A stretch of 63,524 nucleotides of DNA, filler included, from Deltaproteobacteria bacterium (GTDB lineage: Bacteria; JACQOV01), in NCBI GenBank assembly GCA_016202395.1. It is 5 parts of 5 records of this genome, joined end to end, with 100 filler letters (N's around TTAATTAATTAA, not from the genome) between each part and the next. Parts side by side here need not be neighbours in the genome. Positions count along the whole stretch, not along the records: positions 16,774 to 30,692 come from JACQOV010000071.1; 4 more parts are not named here. One strand, 5' to 3'. The position numbers and the translations under genes were made by a program. Below, one piece after another: positions 19,484 to 28,100 of this stretch. Under the pieces are notes generated by a model. It did no database searches and was not told the DNA's origin. It saw only the letters and a program-made list of their open reading frames with translations. Positions within the stretch are counted from its first letter, which is position 1; each line of letters starts with the position of its first letter.

Positions 19484-20475
19484 TACACCCCTTCCTCTTC
19501 CCATCGCGGATAGAAATTGCGGGGCCAGGCATGATTCTTGAGCTCTTCCAAAACTTCCGATGGGAGTGGAGAGAGGTCTGAGACTCGGGTGTTGGGGCGC
19601 ACATGCTCGGGTCTTCGCATTCCAGGAATGACCGTGGAGACGGCGGGGTGTGAAAGACAAAATTTAAGGGCGAGATCTGGAATGGTTCGAGTCTCTTCAT
19701 TGAGAAAGTCTTTGAGTCTCTCGGCTCTTTCGCAGGTTTCGCGAAGTCGATCCCCTTTGAAGTAGAATCGCCGCCAATCGTTTTTAGCAAATTTTGTTTC
19801 TGGAGTGAGCTTTCCTGAAAGTCCTCCTTCGTCCAACGGCACACGAACGATCACTCCAACTCCGTGTTCTTTACAGAGATGGAGCAGATTCTTCTCAGGT
19901 GTTTGATCGAATATGTTATAGATCACTTGAACCGAATCAATTTCTCCCGATTTCACAACATCCAGCGCCGTATCCGGTTCATGGTCATTGATCGAGATTC
20001 CGAACCAACGAACTTTCCCCTCTTTTTGAAGTTTTTTCAACTCTTGGAGCCAGTCCCCTTGACCCAGCCAATCTTTCCCCCAAACATGGAGTTGTTGGAT
20101 GTCGATGTAGTCGGATTTTAAGTTTTTCAAGCTTGTTTCCGTCATCTCTCGGATATGGGCGCTAGGAAAAATATCTTTGGCGTGGCTCGAATGTTTCGCG
20201 GGCCAATGATGATCTTTAGGGGGAATTTTTGTAGCGACATAAATTTTATCTCGGTACTTTCTTTCTTTGAGAACTTTTCCAATCAGCTCTTCGCTGTGTC
20301 CTTCGCCGTAAGCGTAGGCGGTATCCCAGAAGTTTATTCCGGAATCGATGGCCTCGTTAAGAGTTTTGAGAGCTTGAGCGTCATCCCGATCTCCCCATAG
20401 ACTCCCCATCGACCAGGTTCCAATTCCTATTTCGGAAACTTTTATTCCTGTCTTTCCAAACCCACGATATTTCAT
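19483..20475 (-). CDS. Aldo/keto reductase
   Basis: GKTGIKVSEIGIGTW, DTAYAYGEGHSE, YIDIQQLH, QVIYN, VIPG. Confidence 0.92.
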   Translation of the reverse strand: MKYRGFGKTGIKVSEIGIGTWSMGSLWGDRDDAQALKTLNEAIDSGINFWDTAYAYGEGHSEELIGKVLKERKYRDKIYVATKIPPKDHHWPAKHSSHAKDIFPSAHIREMTETSLKNLKSDYIDIQQLHVWGKDWLGQGDWLQELKKLQKEGKVRWFGISINDHEPDTALDVVKSGEIDSVQVIYNIFDQTPEKNLLHLCKEHGVGVIVRVPLDEGGLSGKLTPETKFAKNDWRRFYFKGDRLRETCERAERLKDFLNEETRTIPDLALKFCLSHPAVSTVIPGMRRPEHVRPNTRVSDLSPLPSEVLEELKNHAWPRNFYPRWEEEGV

Positions 20476-20533
20476 AAGGCCTCCGTTTTATCGATCTACG
20501 GGTCCTGTCATGGGGTTTCCCCCAGATAAAACT

Positions 20534-21310
20534 TTAATCTAATTTAGCATGCAGATTCAACGGACCAAAACCATGGCCTAGTTTTGGATTTGTTGCTATC
20601 GCTTTGGTGACAAACTTTTTGGCAATGTTGATGGCATCCCAAATTTTCTTCCCTTGAGCCAACTCCGCCGTAATGGCTGCCGACAAAGTGCACCCTGTTC
20701 CGTGCGTATGTTTCGTTCGAATCCATCGAGCTTGAAATCGATGAAACTGTCCCTCATTGTAGAACAGATCGATGGATTGATCCCTTTCCTGAATTCCTGT
20801 AATCAGAACGGCTTTAGGCCCCAGATCTGCAATCGCTTTGGCAATGTCTGTTAAAGAAGATCTTTTTTCCCGCTTTGCTAAAATCATCGCTTCCAACAGA
20901 TTCGGAGTAATCAATGTGGCATAGGGGAAAAGTTTTCTGATTAACGCTCGTTGGCCTTGAACGCTGAGTAACCGAGCCCCATGTTTGCTCACGATCACAG
21001 GATCGACAACCAGAGGGAATTCCATTTTTTTGGCATGCTTTGCAATCACTTCCACGATCGGTTTGGAGCCTAACGCCCCTGTCTTGGCCGCCTGAGGAAG
21101 AATGTCTTTAATAACGCTCTCTAATTGAGCTAGGACGAAGTCTGGTTTTAAAACCTGCACTTTCTTCACACTCTGAGTATTCTGAATCGTGAGGAGCGTA
21201 ATCACACTCATTCCATACACCCCCAATTGATGGAAGGTTTTAAGATCGGCTTGAATTCCCGCTCCTCCCGACGGATCTGATCCTGCAATGGTTAACGCTA
21301 CCGTTTTCAT
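20534..21310 (-). CDS. thiD: Hydroxymethylpyrimidine/phosphomethylpyrimidine kinase
   Basis: LTIAGSDPSGGAGIQADLKTF, VVDPV, THGTGCTLSAAI. Confidence 0.95.
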   Translation of the reverse strand: MKTVALTIAGSDPSGGAGIQADLKTFHQLGVYGMSVITLLTIQNTQSVKKVQVLKPDFVLAQLESVIKDILPQAAKTGALGSKPIVEVIAKHAKKMEFPLVVDPVIVSKHGARLLSVQGQRALIRKLFPYATLITPNLLEAMILAKREKRSSLTDIAKAIADLGPKAVLITGIQERDQSIDLFYNEGQFHRFQARWIRTKHTHGTGCTLSAAITAELAQGKKIWDAINIAKKFVTKAIATNPKLGHGFGPLNLHAKLD

Positions 21311-21361
21311 TCGGAGGATAGGCTAACAAATTGGGAGGCAAGGAACAAATCTAGAGGTGCC

Positions 21362-21580
21362 CTAAAGAATTTCAATCTGTTTTTTGCAGGAGGCAGCTCC
21401 TCGAAGAATTTTAATGGAGGACGGTGGAACATCAAAGAAATTGGCCAGCGCGCGAATCACAGCATCGTTGGCCTTTCCATCTTCAGGGGGAGCCGTCACC
21501 GAAACGCGATATTCCGTCTCAGAAATTTTATCGATCTTTTCTTTAGAAGCGCGCGGTTTAACCGTAATAAAGATTTTCAC
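21362..21580 (-). CDS. DUF167 (YggU) family protein
   Basis: VKPRAS..VTAPPEDGKAN..I..G...K; GTG start overlaps upstream TGA. Confidence 0.85.
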   Translation of the reverse strand: MKIFITVKPRASKEKIDKISETEYRVSVTAPPEDGKANDAVIRALANFFDVPPSSIKILRGAASCKKQIEIL

Positions 21581-21918
21581 TGGGGCTCTTTCCCAAGTTC
21601 CTGTTTCCAAGAGAGCATCCGGGCTTTGGCTTGCCATTCCTCGGCCTCTTTAATCATCCCTTTTTCTTGAAAAAACATCGAGAGGCTAGAGTAGGCCATG
21701 ACTTCGTTAGGATTGATTTCAACGGCTCTTTGAGTCACCTCAATGGCCTTATCGAGCAGCCCTTTGTGATGGCAGGCCATGCCTAAAGCTAATAAAGCGT
21801 CAACATAGCTGGGATCGATGAGGAGGGCTTTCTGGTATTCTTCGATGGCTTGATCAAAACGATCCTCGCCGAAATGATCGATTCCGGCGAGGTAATGTCG
21901 CTCTTTTTCATCCATCAA
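21577..21918 (-). CDS. Small tetratricopeptide-repeat protein
   Basis: AIEEYQKALLIDP, AIEVTQRAVEINP TPR pattern. Confidence 0.8.
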   Translation of the reverse strand: MMDEKERHYLAGIDHFGEDRFDQAIEEYQKALLIDPSYVDALLALGMACHHKGLLDKAIEVTQRAVEINPNEVMAYSSLSMFFQEKGMIKEAEEWQAKARMLSWKQELGKEPQ

Positions 21919-23846
21919 GTGCCGACTTTTTTCCTCTGTTGGACAGATTGGTGAGCCAACAGCTCCTTTTCCAGCTCCACCGCATCCAGGATTCCACGCT
22001 CCAACCAGCCATATTCTCCTTCCAGGAATTTTAGAGCGGTTTTGTATTCGAGTCGATCCTGATTCTTCCAGAGATTTTTAAATTCAGCCTGGATTCGTTG
22101 CGTCGCCAGCAGGCAAAAGAGATCGGCGAGTTCTTCCGGAGTCCTATCTTTAGGATTCTTTTCCAGCAGTGTGATGGCTCGAGCCGTAGCCGCCGACATG
22201 GCAAAGAGTTCCATGCCAACGTTGACCAATCGATTTAACGTCTGCTCCCGTTTTTCCAGACCCAGCTGATGTTGCCCCATCTTATGGAAAACGTTTCGGG
22301 CCAATCGGTGGCTCGATCTTCGGATGAAACGGAGATGTTTTCCGAGCTTTCCATATTGGTTGTAGAGAGGCCAGTAACTCCAGTGGAGCCATTGCTTGGG
22401 GTACCAGCCCGCGTAGAACGCTCCCGTTTTGAGCGCCGCCGCCGCTTTTTCCCCAGCAGAGGTTCTAGGATCAAAGATCGGCATCGCCCCTTTCATGTGA
22501 GGATCGAGGGCCTCTCGCGCCAGGAAGAGACGCAGAATCTCGCTGCTCCCTTCAAGAATCAAATTGACCCTGAAATCTCGGGCCCCTCTCTCCATGCTAC
22601 ACCCCATCTCTCCTCGGGCTCGCAATGAATCCCCTCGCTCGTAGCCGCGACCTCCTTGAACCTGAATGGTTTCGTGGATCGTATTCCAACACGTTTCAGA
22701 GCCGTACACTTTGCATGCCGCAGCTTCAAGTCGGATATCGGCTCCGCCTCGATCGACACTTTGAGTGGTGTAATAAACCATCGATTCGATGGCAAAGGTG
22801 TCCGCAGCCATTTTTGCAAGCTTCAATGCGATCGTCTCGTGCCGTCCAATCGGTTGTCCCCATTGAACACGTTTATTAGCCCAGTCACGACCGATGTTGA
22901 GGCATTGTTTCATTGTTCCCGCTGCAGCGGCCGGGAGTGAAAGGCGCCCTGTGTTCAAGGTAATGAGCGCAAGTTTCAAACCGTTTCCAAGCCCCCAGAT
23001 GATGTTTTCTTTGGGGACTTTTACATTGTTGAAACGGAGCAGGCCATTTTGGATTCCGTTCAATCCCATGAAGCGACAACGATGAACCGTCTCGAAACCA
23101 GGAGCGTTTCCTTCCACAATGAACGCCGTAATCTGAGTTTTCTCTTTTCCATGGACCATCTTTGGAGGCGTTTTGGCCATGACCACCATAATATTAGCCA
23201 CGGGGCCGTTGGTGCACCAAAGCTTCTCGCCATTAATGATGTAATGATTCCCGTCTTCCGTTGGAACGGCTGTAGTGGACATCTTGGCGGGATCCGATCC
23301 CACAGCAGGTTCTGTCAACGCGAATGCAGAGATCTCTCCTTTGGCAAGGCGTGGCAAAAACTTTTTCTTTTGTTCCTCTGTTCCAAACATCTTGAGCGGT
23401 GTGGGCACACCAATGCTTTGGTGAGCCGAAAGCCACGCGCATGTGGTGCCGCAGTAGCTTCCAACGAGCATCAGCGCTCGGCAATAGTTGGTCACCGAAA
23501 GTCCTAGGCCTCCATATTCTTTGGGAATCTTCATCCCCCAGGCCCCCAGTTTTGCAAGTCCATCTATCACATGCTTGGGAAATTCCCCTGTTCGGTCAAT
23601 TTCATCGGGGTCGACATTTTTTTTGAGAAAATCTTCGAGTTTTTCGCAGAACTCGTCCCCAATCTTTTTATCTTCGGGATCTTGCTCGGGATAGGGGAGC
23701 ACGAGATTGGTGTTGAAACGCCCCATAAAAATCTCTCCCATAAAGCTGGGGGCGGTCCATTCCTTTTCACGAGCCTCTTCGGCCACGTCCATGGCCGCTT
23801 CTTTTTCTTTGTTAAGATCGACACTTTTAAGATTTGGATTTGCCAT
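21915..23846 (-). CDS. Acyl-CoA dehydrogenase (long, VLCAD-like)
   Basis: AFALTEPAVGSDP, NGEKLWCTNG, QVQGGRGY, ILEGSSEI; start MANPN after GGGAGG SD. Confidence 0.92.
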   Translation of the reverse strand: MANPNLKSVDLNKEKEAAMDVAEEAREKEWTAPSFMGEIFMGRFNTNLVLPYPEQDPEDKKIGDEFCEKLEDFLKKNVDPDEIDRTGEFPKHVIDGLAKLGAWGMKIPKEYGGLGLSVTNYCRALMLVGSYCGTTCAWLSAHQSIGVPTPLKMFGTEEQKKKFLPRLAKGEISAFALTEPAVGSDPAKMSTTAVPTEDGNHYIINGEKLWCTNGPVANIMVVMAKTPPKMVHGKEKTQITAFIVEGNAPGFETVHRCRFMGLNGIQNGLLRFNNVKVPKENIIWGLGNGLKLALITLNTGRLSLPAAAAGTMKQCLNIGRDWANKRVQWGQPIGRHETIALKLAKMAADTFAIESMVYYTTQSVDRGGADIRLEAAACKVYGSETCWNTIHETIQVQGGRGYERGDSLRARGEMGCSMERGARDFRVNLILEGSSEILRLFLAREALDPHMKGAMPIFDPRTSAGEKAAAALKTGAFYAGWYPKQWLHWSYWPLYNQYGKLGKHLRFIRRSSHRLARNVFHKMGQHQLGLEKREQTLNRLVNVGMELFAMSAATARAITLLEKNPKDRTPEELADLFCLLATQRIQAEFKNLWKNQDRLEYKTALKFLEGEYGWLERGILDAVELEKELLAHQSVQQRKKVGT

Positions 23847-23929
23847 TTGAGTTTTCCTCCCTATAGTTAACATATATTCGATTTTTTCGCCGATTGCAAG
23901 CATTTTCTGAATGGTGATTCATTTTTTTC

Positions 23930-24081
23930 GGAGGGAGGGCTCGTTGCGGTTCGGAGCCTCCGGTCGCACCCTTCCGCGGCTCGTCCTGCGGGAAACCTTC
24001 CGGTATAACCGGCTTTCCTCGCCGTCTCGCCGCGGTGGGTCCCGCTCCCTCTCGGCACGAATCGCAACGAGCCCTCCCTCC
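23930..24081. repeat. Long branched palindromic element between divergent genes
   Basis: 19-bp perfect IR GGAGGGAGGGCTCGTTGCG..CGCAACGAGCCCTCCCTCC; inner CCGCGGC..GCCGCGG and CCGGT-ATA-ACCGG. Confidence 0.75.
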
Positions 24082-24182
24082 TCGGCTAGGCGTGGGGTAG
24101 GTTTCCCCCTAAGCTCCTTCCTAAACCTGTCCCAATCTCCGTCCCATTGACATGAGATGAGGGAAGGGGTAGTAATTTTGGC

Positions 24183-24470
24183 GTGAAATCGGAAGAGATT
24201 CAAAAAATGTTGGGGGCTGCCTTTCCAGGAGCAGAGATTACGGTGGAGGATACTACGGGCACGGGGAATCATTTTCAACTTATTGTAATTGCATCGGAAT
24301 TTGGTGGAAAAAGCCGTGTAGAGAGACATCAGATGGTTTATCGCGCTTTGGGAGAGGCCATGCAAGGGCCGATTCATGCGCTTTCGTTAAAAACCTATGC
24401 CCCTCGGGAAGTGGAAGAGGGAGTTAAATCCCCCCTCACCTCTTTCCTCTCCCCTTTGGGGAGAGGATGA
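24183..24470 (+). CDS. bolA: BolA/IbaG family protein, C-terminus extended by a REP hairpin
   Basis: HFQLIVIASEFGGKSRVERHQMVY..IHALSLKT; adjacent to grxD. Confidence 0.9.
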   Translation: MKSEEIQKMLGAAFPGAEITVEDTTGTGNHFQLIVIASEFGGKSRVERHQMVYRALGEAMQGPIHALSLKTYAPREVEEGVKSPLTSFLSPLGRG

Positions 24471-24480
24471 AGGTGAGGGG
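24432..24480. repeat. REP-like hairpin overlapping the bolA stop
   Basis: CCCCTCACC-TCTTT-CCTCTCCCC..GGGGAGAGG-ATGAA-GGTGAGGGG. Confidence 0.8.
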
Positions 24481-24494
24481 CTTAAGGAGGTACC

Positions 24495-24803
24495 ATGGCA
24501 GAAGATATCCTAAACAAGATTGACCAAGATGTGAAATCCCACAGAATTCTTGTTTATATGAAAGGGACGCCGGAAGAGCCGATGTGCGGCTTTTCGGCAC
24601 AAACCGTTGAGATCCTAAAAAAACTCGGGGTTTCTTTTGAGGCCCGAAACGTTTTAGCCGACGAAGATCTCCGCCAGGCGATCAAGACCTATTCTAATTG
24701 GCCCACCATCCCTCAAGTTTATATCAACGGGAAGTTCATCGGGGGTTGTGATATTTTGACGGAGCTCTATGAGGTAGGGGAACTCCAGAAACTGGTGGGG
24801 TGA
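24495..24803 (+). CDS. grxD: Monothiol glutaredoxin Grx4
   Basis: MKGTP..PMCGFS, WPTIPQVY..GGCD. Confidence 0.95.
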   Translation: MAEDILNKIDQDVKSHRILVYMKGTPEEPMCGFSAQTVEILKKLGVSFEARNVLADEDLRQAIKTYSNWPTIPQVYINGKFIGGCDILTELYEVGELQKLVG

Positions 24804-24852
24804 AAAGCCTCCTGCCCTTCAATCAAAATTACTTTTAAAATTAGAGAGTTAG

Positions 24853-24912
24853 GCTTTTTGGGTGTGTAGGTTTGTTTACAGTGGGGTGTAATTTTTTTTA
24901 ACACCCAAAAGC
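24853..24912. promoter_or_regulatory. Candidate enhancer-binding-protein upstream activating sequences
   Basis: TGT-N10-ACA (24865-24880) and TGT-N11-ACA (24887-24903) inside IR TTTTGGGTGT..ACACCCAAAA, about 160-200 nt upstream of the sigma54 site. Confidence 0.5.
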
Positions 24913-25058
24913 TCTGTAAGATCATTAAGATACGGCTTCTTTAAAAGAAAGTTGTTAAATTTTGTTAACGGTTGGAATGTAGGCTCGCGGGGGGGTCTTT
25001 TTAAAATTATCTTTTAAAAACATAAAGTTATAAGTTTTATCTCGAAAAAAGTGGTGAT

Positions 25059-25074
25059 TGGCATGGGGTTTGCA
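25059..25074 (+). promoter_or_regulatory. Sigma54 (-24/-12) promoter
   Basis: TGGCAT-GGGGT-TTGCA with exact GG-N10-GC spacing, 55 nt before the ATG. Confidence 0.75.
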
Positions 25075-25129
25075 AGTAACATTGAGGTGAAGAAGTCGGT
25101 CCATGGTTTGAAAAGTTTGGGGGAATTCG

Positions 25130-28100
25130 ATGTTTAAAAGGTTTTCATTTATCATCCTTTTTTTAGGAGCAGGCCTTTATGTTTCCGGTTGCGCTCGGGA
25201 AGGGCGCTTTTCACTTCCTGAAGAGACGGAAGCTGCGCCGGGCGAGCCTCCTCAACCAGAAGAGCCTTCAGAACCCCAAGCCCCGCCGCAAGACACCGAT
25301 CAAGATGGGGTTCCTGATAGTCAGGATAACTGTCCTTTTATCTCCAACAACGATCAAACCGATTCCGATGAAGATGGTTTGGGTGATGCCTGCGATGCCT
25401 GTCCCGATGATCCTGAAAATGATCTGGATCAAGATGGAGTTTGTGGGGATTCCGATGTTTGCCCCGATGGCGATGATACTTTAGATACCGATGAAGATGG
25501 AATCCCGAATGGTTGCGATGTTTGTGAAGTGGATGATTTAGATGATTCCGATAAGGATGGTATCTGCGATAGCGCCGATATCTGCCCCGATGGCGATGAC
25601 ACCGTGGACACCGATGGGGATGGAGATCCCGATGATTGTGATCCTTGTCCTTTCGATGAGAACAATGATTCCGATGGGGATGGTGTTTGCGATACCGATG
25701 ATATTTGCGAGTTGGGGGACGATGGTGTGGACGTCGATGGAGATGGCATCCCCAACGCTTGTGATGTTTGCATCGTGGATGACCGAGATGATTCCGATGG
25801 GGATGGAATGTGTGATAGCGTTGATATCTGTCCCGGAGGGGATGACGCTGTAGATGCTGATGAAGATGGGATCCCTGATTTTTGCGATCTTTGTCCCATC
25901 GATCCTAACAATGATCTCGATAGCGATGGGATCTGCGATAGCCAGGATCCCTGTCCTTTAGATAATCCCAACGATGCGGATGGGGATGGTGTTTGCGATA
26001 CCGATGATATTTGTCCTGATGGAGATGATGCTATCGATGGCGACGGGGATGGTGTTCCTGATGCCTGCGATAGTTGCATGGGTCAACCGAATCCCGATCA
26101 GGCCGATTCCGATCAAGACGGTTTAGGCGACCTTTGCGATAACTGTCCTTGGGTTTCGAATTGGAGCAAACCGGATCCTCAAAGAGATACCGACGGCGAT
26201 GGTGTGGGGGATGCCTGTGATTTGTGTTCAGGCAACGATGCCTCCGGAGATTCCGATGGGGATGGCATTTGTGATGATTCCGATAATTGCCCCTTTGTCT
26301 CCAATTGGAGCAAGCCCGATCCTCAAAGGGATAGTGATGGCGACGGAGCGGGCAACGCCTGTGATCCATGCCCAGACGATCCGACCGACACATGCAATGA
26401 GCCGGCAGAAGAGGGTTGTAAATCCGATGGAAAGGGGACAAACCTGGGAGCTGCGGCAAGCGTCAAAATCATCGGAGAATCTCCTTCGGATAACGCAGGT
26501 CACTCTGCCTCTATCGTTGGCGATGTGAACGGCGATGGGTACGACGACATCCTTGTCGGCGCTCCTTTCAATGATAATGCGGGAGGGACCGACAGTGGAG
26601 CTGCCTATCTTGTCTTTGGCCCTGCCAGTAATCTCGTTGATTTATCCTCTCACCCGAAAGGGGTTGTGAAGTTCATCGGTGATGCAGATGAAGTCCATGC
26701 CGGTGGGTCTGTGACTGCTGTCGGAGATGTCAACGACGATGGAATCGACGACCTTTTAGTTGGCGTTCCTGAAAATGAGGGCCGAAAAGGTTCGGTTTAC
26801 CTATTTTTTGGGCGTTACTTCTCTCGAAATAGCGATTTTGTGGAGGTTTCTCTTGCGGAAAAGGCCGACGTTCAATTTGTGGGTGAGTACGAGCAGAATC
26901 ACGATGGCGATGGCCTCGATGGGGATCAAGCGGGGACCTCTATTGCGGGGGTGGGAGATCTCAACAACGATGGCTTCGATGACTTTGTGATTGGCGCTCC
27001 TGGCTATGACTTCGATCGGGAGACTTTCCCGGGAAGATATCCTAACACCGGCCGAGCTTACCTCATTCTTGGAAGAGAAGCCGACGAGGCATGGCCTACC
27101 GACCTTGCCGGCGCGGACGAGATATTTACGGGGGGTAGCGGTGTTCCAGAGAGTGAAATCGGTTCTGCTGTTGCCGCGACAAAAGATCTCTTCGGCGATG
27201 GAGGGAGTGGTTTGATTCTTGGAACGCAAGACCGATTGAGGGCGCATTTGCAATTTGGTTTTAGTGGTGGCGAATTTTTTGCTTCCGATGATCCCAACGT
27301 TTCTCAAACGGATGTGACCCTGATGGCGGACATGGAGGAGGGTTCCTCGTTTGCGTTATCGGTGGCGGGGGTAGGGGATTTCAATGGAAATGCACTGGGG
27401 GCCATTCTTTTTGGGATCCCGGAGCTCTCCATGAGTGAAGAGGCGGCTAGTGAATCCGGCATTGTCCTTTTACTCGAAGACGTTGCGGAGAATCTGGACC
27501 CCAGCGATTATCCTCAATTCTTGAATTATGAGACCGCGGGGCTCGATGTGATTTTTCTGGGAGAGGAGGAGAGCAAGAATTATCCCAGTTACGGTCGATT
27601 AGGGCATTCCTTAACCGGTGTGGGAGATGTCAATGGCGACACCTACAACGATATCTTAATCGGGGCTCCGTGTAGCGATGAGGAGGTCGGCTCCTGTGAA
27701 GGGGCGGCATACCTGGTCTTTGGGCGCAACCGTTCCGACTCTTGGTGGGGCGCCTTTCAAAAATGTGTCAATGAGGCCGATGTAAAGTACATCGGAGAAA
27801 ACCCCGGAGACCGAGCGGGTTGGGTTGTGGCGGGAGAGGGAGATGTCAATCAGGGTGGAATCCCGGATCTTTTAATTGCAGCCCCCAATTATGCTTTGGG
27901 GAAAGGGGCTGTTTATCTTATTGCAGACGATACTTGTCCCGATGTGGATCACGATGAAATTTGCGATGGGGATGATGGAGGTCCCGCTTGCCCGGAGGGG
28001 ACTATTCCCGTGGATAGCGATCAAGATGGCAACCCCGATGCTTGCTGCGCGGATGCCAACTCCAACGGGATTTGTGATTCTGAGGAGCCTTTTCATCCTC

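Noticed and set aside
23867-24377. Overlapping short ORFs upstream of bolA
   Set aside because: Products of the palindromic element or antisense to bolA.
25290-26400. Repetitive DNA as a DGR template/variable repeat or array
   Set aside because: Explained by TSP3 protein repeats; no reverse transcriptase gene and no adenine-specific mismatch pattern noticed.
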